Positions 35,426 to 44,507 are shown, counted from the stretch's first letter. The stretch is 64,000 bases of DNA from Lysobacterales bacterium (GCA_036351115.1 JAZBOL010000033.1:1404-65403); one strand, 5' to 3'. The notes: generated by a model from the letters alone, not told the origin. Made by a program: numbers and translations.

Positions 35426-36058
35426 TCAATTGCTGGCCGGACCTTCGCCGCGCGCGGGGAGGTTGATGCCGGGCCGGTCCTTGACCGGCAGGGAAACGGG
35501 TCCGAGCCGTTCGCGCTGGTCCAGGGCGTAGGCCGTGTAGTCGCCGTTCGCATCGACGTAATGCAGAAACACCTGGATCCAGAGTCCCTTCTCCAGGGGC
35601 TCGCGCCAGTGAGGGACCTCGGCGCCGCGATAGGCCAGCAGGTCTCCGGGCTTGAGGTCCACCGGGATGTTCTGCCCCGCGCTTTCGACCCAGATGGGCC
35701 AGCTGTCCACCGACCGGTACTGCCCCACGGGCAGGGTGACGCTGATTTCGCAGCTCGGCCGGTCCAGGTGGCTGGGCAGCCGGGACTCGGGCGTATAGCA
35801 GCGCAGGTAGGAGTAGCAGGGCAGTAACTCCAGGCCGAGGCGCCGCTGAAGGGGTGCGTGCAGCATGATCAGCAGCGCTTCGCCCATGGCGTCGCAGTAG
35901 CGGCCCCAGGCCTGGGTGCGCTTGTCCCAGATCATGTAGCCCTCGTGGGCGCGATTGAGCAGTGTGGCCTCGAACATGAGCCGCAGGGCATGGGGCGGCA
36001 CCAGGTGCCTGAGCACGGCATAGCGCTGGGCTTCGAAAGACTGGGCGATGTCGGACAT
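35426..36058 (-). CDS. Putative Fe(II)/2-oxoglutarate-dependent oxygenase-fold protein
   Basis: 210 aa. HxD-like SHLDRP and a distal His in GAEVPHWRE are consistent with a 2-His-1-carboxylate facial triad. No family name recognised. Confidence 0.5.
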   Translation of the reverse strand: MSDIAQSFEAQRYAVLRHLVPPHALRLMFEATLLNRAHEGYMIWDKRTQAWGRYCDAMGEALLIMLHAPLQRRLGLELLPCYSYLRCYTPESRLPSHLDRPSCEISVTLPVGQYRSVDSWPIWVESAGQNIPVDLKPGDLLAYRGAEVPHWREPLEKGLWIQVFLHYVDANGDYTAYALDQRERLGPVSLPVKDRPGINLPARGEGPASN

Positions 36059-36170
36059 GGCGAGGTGGCAGGTCGTGGTTACGCTCGGGTTTACGGCCGC
36101 GTGACCGGTCCGCTGGCGCCGGTGAGGAGCGGGTTATAATTCCGGCGAATTCTAGCAAACCCGGCCGCGC

Positions 36171-37529
36171 ATGACGCCAGAATCCCTTCGACAAGCTGCC
36201 GAGCAGGGGCATGCCGATGCCCAGTTGAAGCTCGGTATCGCGTGCCTGACCGGCGACGGCATGCCGGCCCAGGATGTCGTGCAGGGCCGGGAATGGCTGG
36301 GAAGAGCGGCCGATAATGGCCAGGTAGAGGCCGCGCGCTTCCTGGGCCTGATCCTGCTTCGTGGCATGGATGTCGTGCCGGAGCCCGAGCGTGGCGAAGC
36401 CCTCCTGGCCCAGGCTGCCGAAGCCGGCGACCTCGAGGCAACCTGGTGGCTGGCATGCTACCGCGCCGGAGACCGTTCCGCCGCGCCGCGACTCGCGGAA
36501 GCCCGGCCCCTGCTCGAGCGGGCCGCTGCCGCCGGGCACCCCCGCGCCATGACGCATCTGGCCTATTCACTGGATGGGGTCCTGGGTCCCGGGTCCCCGG
36601 TGCACGAGGGAACGCTCGAAGCCGGCCACTGGTTGCTGAAAGCGGCGCGGGCCGGCGATGGGGGCGCGCTCCTGGCGCTGGCCGAATGGTGTCACACGGG
36701 TCGCGGGCTGCCGCGGGATGCGGGGCGTGCCCGCGCCCTCGCAGAGGCTGCCGAACGCCGGGGATGGGAGATTGCCGGGGAATACGCCCGCGGCCTCCCG
36801 GACCCGGTCGGAGCGGCCGGGGCCAACGCCTTTCCCGCACCCGCGGAACTTTCCCTCGCCAACGACGGCACCTTGCCGGCGCCGCGCCTCGAGGCCCGGA
36901 GCTGGTCGCCCCGCGTCCTGTTCATGCATGACCTGTTGACGACCTTCGAGTGCGCGGAAGTGGCCAATGCCGCCCGCGAGCATCTCATGCCGTCCTTCAT
37001 CGTCGACCAGGACGGGCAACACAGCATGAACGATATCCGCACCAGTCACGAATTCCGCCTGCGCCCGGCCTTTCGGAACCTGGTCATCGACACCATCGAA
37101 CGGCGCATGGCGGATTGGAGCCACTATCCCATGGCGCATGGTGAACTGCCCCTGGTGCTGCGCTATGAACGATCACAGAGTTTCGAGCAGCATTTCGACT
37201 ACTTTATTCCCGAGCGCTTCGGTCGGGGCGAAGGGCCCATGGCCGAAGGGGGGCAGCGTGTCGCGACGCAACTGGTGTACCTGAACGAAGACTTCGAGGG
37301 CGGCGAAACCCGCTTCGACCGGGCCGACCTGGTCGTGACGCCCCGGCGTGGCCTGTGCATGATGTTTCACAACGTCGGCCCCGATCACAATGTCGATCCC
37401 CTGACCCGTCACACCGGGGTGGCGGTCAACCGGGGCGTCAAGTGGCTGTTGTCCCGCTGGATCCGTGAATTGCCCGCAGACCAGCTGGCTGCTGACCATG
37501 TGCGTGACCGCTACCTGGGCGAAGACTGA
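36171..37529 (+). CDS. Sel1-repeat N-domain fused to a prolyl 4-hydroxylase-type 2OG-Fe(II) oxygenase
   Basis: Sel1-like repeats (AAEQGHADAQLKLGIACLTGDG, AADNGQVEAARFLG, AAAAGHPRAMTHLA, AARAGDGGALLALAEW). The C-terminal P4H core has HFD, LVYLNEDFEGGETRF, HTGVAV and KWLLSRW. Confidence 0.8.
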   Translation: MTPESLRQAAEQGHADAQLKLGIACLTGDGMPAQDVVQGREWLGRAADNGQVEAARFLGLILLRGMDVVPEPERGEALLAQAAEAGDLEATWWLACYRAGDRSAAPRLAEARPLLERAAAAGHPRAMTHLAYSLDGVLGPGSPVHEGTLEAGHWLLKAARAGDGGALLALAEWCHTGRGLPRDAGRARALAEAAERRGWEIAGEYARGLPDPVGAAGANAFPAPAELSLANDGTLPAPRLEARSWSPRVLFMHDLLTTFECAEVANAAREHLMPSFIVDQDGQHSMNDIRTSHEFRLRPAFRNLVIDTIERRMADWSHYPMAHGELPLVLRYERSQSFEQHFDYFIPERFGRGEGPMAEGGQRVATQLVYLNEDFEGGETRFDRADLVVTPRRGLCMMFHNVGPDHNVDPLTRHTGVAVNRGVKWLLSRWIRELPADQLAADHVRDRYLGED

Positions 37530-37749
37530 CGTGTCGGGATGGGCGTCTCGAGCGCCATTCCGGTTGAAATAGCCGAGAAGTGCCGGTTAAACGGGAATTA
37601 AATTCCGAGTGGTCATTTGCGGAGGCTTGCGCTAATATATGTATTGATAAGGGTACTATTTTCTGTAAGTCCTTGATCCTGCAAGCGGTAACACGCAAAG
37701 CGGGGCCTGACTTGAGAGAAAGGGGAGCCGTCAGCCGACCCACTCAGGC

Positions 37750-38094
37750 GACCGGCAGACGGCAACAATGCAGACAGTCGCTCATCAGCAGCGGCCTCGG
37801 GAGAGTCTGCATCCTCATCTTGAGGCGGTCTTCTGCCGTCACAGCAAATTGGATTCCTTTGCAGGTCACGTCCGCGTGGCCAGATCACCAACTTATCGGT
37901 GATACCGTTGTAGGTCCTTACACGTATGTAGTCAGTGAACGGAAAGCTACAACGGAGAAAATGACAGGGAATTGCCATCCAGGGAATATTGGATAGCGAA
38001 GTCTCCTCGGATCGGTTCGAATGGCTCACAGGACGTGAGGCTCTAGGACCAACCACACGGCAGGGGAACCGGTCGTGGTTAAAGGAGATACAAC
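37750..38094 (+). other. Helix-rich candidate structured 5' leader or cis-regulatory RNA upstream of the small membrane-peptide gene
   Basis: Nested complementary segments: 37758-64/37834-40 enclosing 37768-75/37805-12 and hairpin 37813-25. Also hairpin 37884-37903, a 9-bp helix 37905-13/37947-55, and helix 38051-56/38075-80 abutting the SD. TCTCCT (38002-07) is complementary to the SD AGGAGA (38083-88). Confidence 0.4.
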
Positions 38095-38316
38095 ATGTTG
38101 GAAATCATCTTGATCGCCTCCGGCGCATTCCTCGCAGCTCTGTTCTGCGTTTGGGTGTACCGAATCGCGAAATCAATGCATGACTCCAAGTTCCGCCAGG
38201 TCAAACTGGCAGGTCAGGAAGAGGCCATGAACATCGGCCGGGGTTCCGGTACGGTGGAACTCAAGGTTTCCGGCTCCAACGGCGCGGGCAACGCTCGCAA
38301 GCCCTGGGGCTGGTAA
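38095..38316 (+). CDS. Small single-TM protein (73 aa), function unknown
   Basis: Strong SD AAAGGAG 7 nt before the ATG. N-terminal TM IILIASGAFLAALFCVWVY, a Gly-rich soluble tail ending KPWGW, and a terminator downstream. Confidence 0.6.
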   Translation: MLEIILIASGAFLAALFCVWVYRIAKSMHDSKFRQVKLAGQEEAMNIGRGSGTVELKVSGSNGAGNARKPWGW

Positions 38317-38402
38317 GCAACAGGGCAATACTGGCCTGGTTGTGACCGACTGACTCGAAGGATCGCTTGGGGGGATCGGGACGCGCGTCCCGAACCAGAA
38401 AG

Positions 38403-38449
38403 AACGCTGAATGGCCTGCGATGATTCGCTTGCCACTCAGCGTTTTTTT
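38403..38449 (+). terminator. Rho-independent terminator after the small peptide gene
   Basis: AACGCTGAATGGC pairs with GCCACTCAGCGTT (one mismatch), followed by T7 (38443-38449). Confidence 0.75.
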
Positions 38450-38542
38450 GTGCCTTTCTGTTTCGGTTTGCCGGCACGCGGTTGGTCGCCGCGATTCGTG
38501 GCGCCGCGCTGGGCAGGCCTGCCCGGATTCAGTCGGCCCGGG

Positions 38543-38884
38543 TCAGTCGAGCAGGGCGCTGATCTTGGCGGCGCAGATGAAGTCGTTCTCCGAGAGGCCG
38601 TCGATGGCGTGGGTGGTGAACCCCACCTCGCAGTAGTTGTAGCCCGCGGAAAAATCCGGGTGGTGGTTTTCCTTGTTCACCACCCACGCCATGGCGTTGA
38701 TGAAGGCCACGGTGCGGTAGAAGCCCTTGAATTCGAAGCGGCGGCTGATCATCTTGCTGTCGTCGCTCAGCTCCCAGCCAGGCAGGTCCGCCAGCAGGCG
38801 TTTCGCTTCCTCGCGGTCGATGGGGTCCACGCCGCCCTCGCAGGGCACGCAATGTTTCTCGGTCAGGTCACACGCGGTGGCCAT
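38543..38884 (-). CDS. phhB: Pterin-4-alpha-carbinolamine dehydratase
   Basis: 113 aa. NHHPD motif in KENHHPDFSAGYN, with EGLSENDF-type (here DGLSENDF) and CVPC near the N-terminus. Confidence 0.92.
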   Translation of the reverse strand: MATACDLTEKHCVPCEGGVDPIDREEAKRLLADLPGWELSDDSKMISRRFEFKGFYRTVAFINAMAWVVNKENHHPDFSAGYNYCEVGFTTHAIDGLSENDFICAAKISALLD

Positions 38885-38934
38885 GGTCGCTCCTTGCCCA
38901 TTTCGGGCAGTGATGTTTCAGGCAATGATGGCTG

Positions 38935-39729
38935 TCAGGCGCTTTGCTTGACAGGATAAGTGGGTTCGAACATGCCCAGTCGGCGTGCTTCGCTGATCAT
39001 GCCGACCAGGTCCGACTGCGCCAGCTCGAACAGCGTGTCGAAGGATTCGAGGGTGTAGTACACCGTTTGATAGATATCGATCCGGTAAGGCGTTCTCAAG
39101 ACATCGACGGGATCGAAGGGGCGCCGGTCGGGCACGTCGCTGTGCAGGGCGTACTCGAGTTCGCCGGGGCTGCTGACAATGCCGGCGCCGTAGCTGCGCA
39201 GGCCTTCCGGCGTTTCGATGAGTCCGAATTCGACCGTGAACCAGAACAGGCGCGCCAGCATGGCGTGATCTTTCTTGTCCGCCGCCAGGCCGGCCTTGCC
39301 GTAGGCCTCGGTGAAGGCCGCGAACCGGTAGTCGGTCAGCAGCGGTGTGTGTCCGAAAATCTCGTGGAAAATGTCGGGTTCTTCGAGGTAGTCCAGGTCT
39401 TCGGAGTCCCGGATGAACGTCGCTGCCGGGAATTGCCGGTTCGCCAGCAGCTCGAAGAAGCTTGTGAAGTCGATCAGTGCCGCTACCGGTGCGACGGACC
39501 ACCCCGTGTGCTCCTGCAGCACGGCGGAGATGTCCGGGAGCTGGGGGATGCGGTCCCGGGGAAAGTCCATCAGCGCCAGCGCGTCGATGTACTCCTGGCA
39601 GACCTGCCCCTCGAGACGGGGCAGCTGGCGCTCGATGAGCGTCGCCCAGGTGGCGTTTTCCTCGTCGGAATAGGCGATGGTGCCATCGGCGTCCGGCGTG
39701 TGGGAAACGTACTTGGTCGACTTCGGCAT
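38935..39729 (-). CDS. phhA: Phenylalanine 4-monooxygenase
   Basis: Iron-ligand block EEPDIFHEIFGHTPLL and FWFTVEFGL. The start is set at ATG 39729 (MPKSTKY). Confidence 0.93.
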   Translation of the reverse strand: MPKSTKYVSHTPDADGTIAYSDEENATWATLIERQLPRLEGQVCQEYIDALALMDFPRDRIPQLPDISAVLQEHTGWSVAPVAALIDFTSFFELLANRQFPAATFIRDSEDLDYLEEPDIFHEIFGHTPLLTDYRFAAFTEAYGKAGLAADKKDHAMLARLFWFTVEFGLIETPEGLRSYGAGIVSSPGELEYALHSDVPDRRPFDPVDVLRTPYRIDIYQTVYYTLESFDTLFELAQSDLVGMISEARRLGMFEPTYPVKQSA

Positions 39730-39861
39730 GGACCGCTCCTTGAAGAGTTTGTCGTTACAGTTTACCCGAGAGCCGAAAAAAATGATTATCAATTTTTTCT
39801 CAGGAGCTTAAAAAATGATATAAATATTCTAATCTAACCTGAATTAGCGCATAAAATTACC

Positions 39862-40347
39862 GTGAAAATCGATTCCATAGACCAAAAAATCCTCGACGCA
39901 CTCCAGGCCGATGGACAGCTGTCCAGCCAGGCGCTGGCGGAACGCGTTGGTCTGTCCACGTCGCCATGCTGGCGGCGTGTCCGTCGATTGCAGGAGCAGG
40001 GGGTGATTCGCGCCACGGTCGCCCTGGTCGATGCGGAGCGCGTGGGTTTGATGGTGACGGCCCTCGCCATGGTGACCCTCGAGGACCACCATCCCGACTC
40101 GGTCCAGGAGTTCACCCGCATGGTGCAGGAGCGCCCGGAAATTCTCGAGTGCCATGCGACCAGCGGGCAGCATGACTACACCCTGAAAGTCGTCTGCGAA
40201 AGCATTCACGCTTACGACGATCTGCTGTCCCGCTGGATCATGCCCTGCAAGGCGGTGAACATGGTCAACACGAGCTTCGTATTGCGCAGTACGAAGAATA
40301 CAACGGCACTTCCGATACCTGCGCGAGACTCCTCGAGCGTGACTTGA
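39862..40347 (+). CDS. Lrp/AsnC-family transcriptional regulator
   Basis: N-terminal [47 protein letters not shown] and a C-terminal RAM/AsnC_trans_reg domain. GTG start. Divergent from phhA. Confidence 0.9.
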   Translation: MKIDSIDQKILDALQADGQLSSQALAERVGLSTSPCWRRVRRLQEQGVIRATVALVDAERVGLMVTALAMVTLEDHHPDSVQEFTRMVQERPEILECHATSGQHDYTLKVVCESIHAYDDLLSRWIMPCKAVNMVNTSFVLRSTKNTTALPIPARDSSSVT

Positions 40348-40424
40348 CCCAGGTCGTTGCTTCCTCCGGGTCAAGCACGTATAAACTGCTTTTCAGCATG
40401 CGCTGCAAGGCGCGGGAAGCCATC

Positions 40425-41546
40425 GTGAAACCCTCTCTCAAGCCGGCCAACCCCCGGTTTTCTTCCGGTCCGTGCAGCAAGCGGCCCGGCTACGACGTTC
40501 AAAATCTGGACACGCGCGCGCTCGGGCGCTCCCATCGCTCGGCCCTCGGAAAAGCGCTTCTGGGCTCGGCATGCCAACGCACCGCCGAGATCCTGGGCCT
40601 GCCTCCCGGCTACCGGGTCGGCATCGTGCCCGCCTCCGACACGGGCGCCTTCGAGATGGCCATGTGGTCGCTCCTCGGCGAGCGCCCGGTGGACGTGTTC
40701 TTCTGGGAGTCCTTCGGCAAGGGCTGGAAGGTCGATATCGAGCAGCAGCTGAAGCTCGGGAACACGCGCTATTTCGATGCGCCCTATGGCCAGCTTCCGG
40801 ACCTGTCCCAGGCCGACCCCGCCCACGACATCGTGTTCACCTGGAACGGCACCACTTCCGGGGTGCGCGTACCGGACGGTAACTGGATCGACGACGATCG
40901 CAGCGGCCTGACCCTGTGCGATGCGACCTCCGCGGTTTTCGCCCAGGATCTGCCCTGGGAAAAGCTCGACGTGGTCACCTACAGCTGGCAAAAGGTGCTG
41001 GGTGGCGAAGCGGCGCATGGCGTGCTGATCCTGAGCCCGCGGGCCGTGGAGCGCCTGGAATCCTGGACGCCCCCGTGGCCCATGCCCAAGATCTTTCGCC
41101 TGACCAAGAACGGTGCGCTGAACGAGGGCATATTCCAGGGCGCGACGATCAACACTCCTTCCATGCTGTGTGTCGCGGACTATCTCGACGCCCTCGACTG
41201 GGTGGAGTCCCTCGGCGGGGTGGCGGAGGCCCGTGCAAGGTGTGATCGCAATGCCCGGATCGTCGCGGATTTCGTGGCGGAAACTCCCTGGCTTTCTCAC
41301 CTGGCCGACGTGCCGGATACCCGCTCCAACACGTCGGTCTGCCTGACCGTGGACCTGCCGGCCGACGACGTCAAGCGCATGGTGAGCCTGCTGGCGGACG
41401 AGGGCGTTGCTTACGACATCGGCGCTTACCGCGATGCGCCTCCCGGGCTTCGTCTGTGGTGTGGCGCCACCGTGGAAGCCAGCGACCTCGAGGCCCTCAT
41501 GCCCTGGCTGGCCTGGGCCTACGGCACCGTCAAATCAAAATCCTGA
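40425..41546 (+). CDS. serC: Phosphoserine aminotransferase
   Basis: The N-terminal [17 protein letters not shown] signature and the [16 protein letters not shown]-Lys block. GTG 40425 has GGGAAG upstream. An alternative ATG lies at 40398. Confidence 0.85.
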   Translation: MKPSLKPANPRFSSGPCSKRPGYDVQNLDTRALGRSHRSALGKALLGSACQRTAEILGLPPGYRVGIVPASDTGAFEMAMWSLLGERPVDVFFWESFGKGWKVDIEQQLKLGNTRYFDAPYGQLPDLSQADPAHDIVFTWNGTTSGVRVPDGNWIDDDRSGLTLCDATSAVFAQDLPWEKLDVVTYSWQKVLGGEAAHGVLILSPRAVERLESWTPPWPMPKIFRLTKNGALNEGIFQGATINTPSMLCVADYLDALDWVESLGGVAEARARCDRNARIVADFVAETPWLSHLADVPDTRSNTSVCLTVDLPADDVKRMVSLLADEGVAYDIGAYRDAPPGLRLWCGATVEASDLEALMPWLAWAYGTVKSKS

Positions 41547-41555
41547 AGGACCTTT

Positions 41556-42725
41556 ATGTTCAATATCCGCACGTATAACCGCATTTCCGAGAAGGGGCTG
41601 GGCCTCTTCGAACCCGATCGTTACCGCGTCGAACAGGGGCTCGACGACCCCGACGCCTTCGTCCTGCGGAGCCAGAAGCTCCACGGCGAACCGCTGCCGG
41701 AAACCCTTCTTGCCATGGCCCGGGCCGGCGCGGGCGTGAATAACATTCCCGTGGACGCCTGCACGGAGCAGGGCATCGTGGTGTTCAACACCCCCGGAGC
41801 GAATGCGAATGCGGTCAAGGAGCTGGTGCTCGCCGGCCTGTTGCTCGGTTCCCGGGATATCTACGGCGGCCTGGCCTTCGTGCAGGGACTGACCGACGAG
41901 AAAGACCCGGCCGCTCTGTCCAGGTTGCTCGAGGCGGAAAAAAAGCGCTTCGCCGGCAATGAGCTCTATGGCAAGACCCTGGGCGTGGTTGGCCTGGGCG
42001 CGATCGGCGCCATGGTCGCCAACATGGCGCTCGAGCTCGGGATGAAGGTCGCCGGCTATGACCCGGCCATTTCCGTCGAGGCCGCCTGGCGCCTCTCGAG
42101 CCAGGTGCAGAAGGTCGAATCCCTGCAGGATTTGCTGGGTATCTCCGACTACCTGACGCTGCACATTCCCGCCAACGAGCACACGGCGGGGCTGATCGGC
42201 CCCGAGGCCTTCGCCGCGATGAAGCCCGGTGCGTGCCTGCTGAACTTCGCGCGGGAGCAGGTGGTGGACCAGGAGGCCCTGGTCGAGGCGCTGAACAGCG
42301 GTCCGCTGCGCCGCTACGTGGCGGATTTCCCGCGCCCGGAACTCATTGGCAACCCCGCCGCCGTGCTCATGCCACACATCGGCGCCAGTACGGCGGAGGC
42401 CGAGGAGAACTGCGCGGTCATGGCGGCCACCCAGCTGAAGGACTTCCTGGAGAACGGCAACATCGTGAACTCGGTGAACTTCCCGCGCACACGGATGGCG
42501 CGAAACGGGGGGCACCGCATTACCTTCGCCAACCGCAACATTCCGAAGGTGCTGGGGACGGTGCTCGGCGTGCTGGCGGACCGGAACATCAACGTCATCG
42601 ACCTGGTGAACAAGAGTCGCGGCGACATCGCCTATAACATCCTCGATCTCGAGACCCCGGCGGGTCCCAACGCCCTGGAGGAAATCCGCCAGGCCGAGGG
42701 TGTGATCCGGCTGCGGGAGCTCTGA
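41556..42725 (+). CDS. serA: D-3-phosphoglycerate dehydrogenase with a C-terminal ACT domain
   Basis: NAD-binding GVVGLGAIGAMVA, catalytic HIGASTAEA, and C-terminal ACT-like HRITFANRNIPKVLGTVLGVLADRNINV. Confidence 0.9.
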   Translation: MFNIRTYNRISEKGLGLFEPDRYRVEQGLDDPDAFVLRSQKLHGEPLPETLLAMARAGAGVNNIPVDACTEQGIVVFNTPGANANAVKELVLAGLLLGSRDIYGGLAFVQGLTDEKDPAALSRLLEAEKKRFAGNELYGKTLGVVGLGAIGAMVANMALELGMKVAGYDPAISVEAAWRLSSQVQKVESLQDLLGISDYLTLHIPANEHTAGLIGPEAFAAMKPGACLLNFAREQVVDQEALVEALNSGPLRRYVADFPRPELIGNPAAVLMPHIGASTAEAEENCAVMAATQLKDFLENGNIVNSVNFPRTRMARNGGHRITFANRNIPKVLGTVLGVLADRNINVIDLVNKSRGDIAYNILDLETPAGPNALEEIRQAEGVIRLREL

Positions 42726-42773
42726 GGCGCGCGCGGCGCTCAAAAGGCCGTCCATCGCCCGGAGAAAGCATCC

Positions 42774-42881
42774 ATGGCGCACCTCGCCCAGCTGAACATC
42801 ACTCGCCTTGCGCGTTTCCGCCGGCACGACGCCACGGCGGAGGCCTTCGGCTTCAGTGAGCGCTTTCCGCCACCGGCCTGA
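42774..42881 (+). pseudogene. Possible truncated remnant of a DUF3291-family gene (35 codons)
   Basis: MAHLAQLNITRL matches my recollection of the DUF3291 N-terminus (HLAQxNIARL). The frame ends after 35 codons. GGAGAA lies 7 nt upstream. Confidence 0.25.
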
Positions 42882-42939
42882 CGCCCATGCTATGCTCCGG
42901 GGCCCCTGCAGCGAACGGCAAAACGTCCGGAGGCCGGTC

Positions 42940-43317
42940 ATGATTGGATACGTCACGGTGGGCACCAACGATCTGGAACGAGCGGTCGCGTTTTACGACG
43001 CGCTCTTCGCCGAGCTCGGCGCCAAGCGGTTCATGGAGCACGAAGGCACCTTCGTCGCCTGGGCCGTCTCGCCGGACCAGGCCGGCTTTTCCGTGACCAA
43101 ACCTTTCGATGGCAACCCGGCCACCGTGGGGAACGGCTGCATGACCGCCCTTGCCGTGGATTCCCCGGACGCGGTCGATCGCGTCTATGCGAAGGCCATC
43201 GAGCTGGGGGCGGCCTGCGAGGGTCCGGCTGGTCCGCGGGAAAGCGGCTTTTATGCCGGCTACTTCCGGGACCTGGACGGCAACAAGCTCAACGTATTTC
43301 ATTTTGCGGGCGTTTGA
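42940..43317 (+). CDS. VOC/glyoxalase-family protein
   Basis: 125 aa. N-terminal IGYVTVGTNDLERAVAFYDALF and C-terminal GYFRDLDGNKLNVF. SD GGAGG upstream. Confidence 0.85.
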   Translation: MIGYVTVGTNDLERAVAFYDALFAELGAKRFMEHEGTFVAWAVSPDQAGFSVTKPFDGNPATVGNGCMTALAVDSPDAVDRVYAKAIELGAACEGPAGPRESGFYAGYFRDLDGNKLNVFHFAGV

Positions 43318-43372
43318 CCCGCCAACGCTGAACGAGACGGGCAAACGAACCCGTCCGAGATGAGGAGGTGAC

Positions 43373-43765
43373 ATGAAGCGAATCCGATTGTTCATTCCGT
43401 TTTCCGTGTTCGGCCTGGCCCTGGGCGCCAGCGCCCTGGCGTTCGCGCAGGAGGATGGTTCCCAGATCATCCTGCCGCTCGAGGCCCAGACCTGCGATCT
43501 GCCCTCGGCCCCGTCGCGGATTCCCGAGGAAGCCACCTACGAGGAGCTGGTGGCGGCCAAGGGGCGTGTTTCCGACTTCCAGGCCGAGCTCGCCGTGTAC
43601 CGCGAGTGCCTCGAAAATGCCGCACCGGAAGAGGAACTGACCGAGGGTAACCGCATCGCCCTGAACCAGGCGCACAACTACTCCGTGGAAATGGAGGAGC
43701 GGGTTGCCGAGGCTTTCAACACCGCCGTGCGCGCCTACAAGGCCCGCGAGGCGGAGGGTGGCTGA
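43373..43765 (+). CDS. Secreted hypothetical protein
   Basis: Signal peptide MKRIRLFIPFSVFGLALGASALAFA-QE, then a helical ~100-aa mature part with two Cys. SD GAGGAGG upstream. Confidence 0.65.
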   Translation: MKRIRLFIPFSVFGLALGASALAFAQEDGSQIILPLEAQTCDLPSAPSRIPEEATYEELVAAKGRVSDFQAELAVYRECLENAAPEEELTEGNRIALNQAHNYSVEMEERVAEAFNTAVRAYKAREAEGG

Positions 43766-43889
43766 ACCCCCGGCGCCGGCGGCGGGAAGTCGCCGGCCCC
43801 CACCCGCGCTGGCGGCGCGCCTGCAGCGCTTAAACCAGTGGGCCTCCCAGGATCTCGGCGGTGGCCCGCGGCCCTGGAAGCTGGCCTGG

Positions 43890-44507
43890 GTGGTCAACTT
43901 CCAGAAGGCCGGCACGTTCGTGTTTCTCGGTCTGCTCATGGCCTGGTACGGCAACACCACCACGGCCGCGTGGATCTACCTCGCCCTCCACGGCAGTTAC
44001 GGCATCGTGTGGATCATCAAGGATCTCGCCTTTCCGGACCCGGCCTGGCAGCAGCGGGTGACCATCGGCGGCGGGATCATGGCGTTCCTGGCGGTACTCG
44101 GCTGGTACTGGGTCTTTGGCTGGCTGCTGATATCCAGCGGTGAAATACCCGCCTATCCGCTGCCGGCAAATGCCTGGTATGCGCTGTGCATCAGCCTGTG
44201 CGTCATCGGCTGCGTGATCATGGTGGCCGCGGACGCCCAGAAATATTTCACCCTGCGGGTTCAGCGCGGCCTGATCACCGACGGCATGTTCCGGTACGTG
44301 CGCCACCCGAACTACCTGGGCGAAATGATGATTTACGGCGCCTTCGCCCTCATGGTCTGGCACTGGCTGCCGTTCCTGGTCCTCGCCGGGGTCTGGGGCC
44401 TCCTGTTTGCCGTGAACATGGTCATGAAAGAGGCCAGCATGAGCCGCCACGAGGGCTGGGCCGAGTACCGCGCCCGCACGCGCTGGCTCATTCCCGGCGT
44501 TCTCTGA
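43890..44507 (+). CDS. DUF1295/ICMT-like membrane protein (methyltransferase/reductase-like fold)
   Basis: Multi-pass protein with FRYVRHPNYLGEMMIYGAF. The 5' end is uncertain; GTG 43890 was chosen because the upstream in-frame part is low-complexity and overlaps the previous gene. Confidence 0.6.
   Translation: MVNFQKAGTFVFLGLLMAWYGNTTTAAWIYLALHGSYGIVWIIKDLAFPDPAWQQRVTIGGGIMAFLAVLGWYWVFGWLLISSGEIPAYPLPANAWYALCISLCVIGCVIMVAADAQKYFTLRVQRGLITDGMFRYVRHPNYLGEMMIYGAFALMVWHWLPFLVLAGVWGLLFAVNMVMKEASMSRHEGWAEYRARTRWLIPGVL

Noticed and set aside
38003-38030. GGTTCGAAT (T-loop-like) sequence suggesting a tRNA or tRNA fragment
   Set aside because: The flanks cannot form a T-arm, acceptor stem or anticodon arm. 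No cloverleaf could be drawn on either strand.
37580-38056. ORFs 37580-37996(+) and 37613-38056(-) in the lower-GC patch
   Set aside because: They have no SD, a GTG or poor start, and Cys/Arg/Ser-rich translations without motifs. The DNA shows dense self-complementarity more consistent with structured RNA.
37560-38540. Possibility that the lower-GC patch is a mobile element, retron or type I toxin-antitoxin locus
   Set aside because: I found no integrase, transposase or reverse transcriptase, no terminal inverted or direct repeats, and no flanking tRNA. The peptide (73 aa) is longer than typical type I toxins. It was left as an open observation rather than a call.
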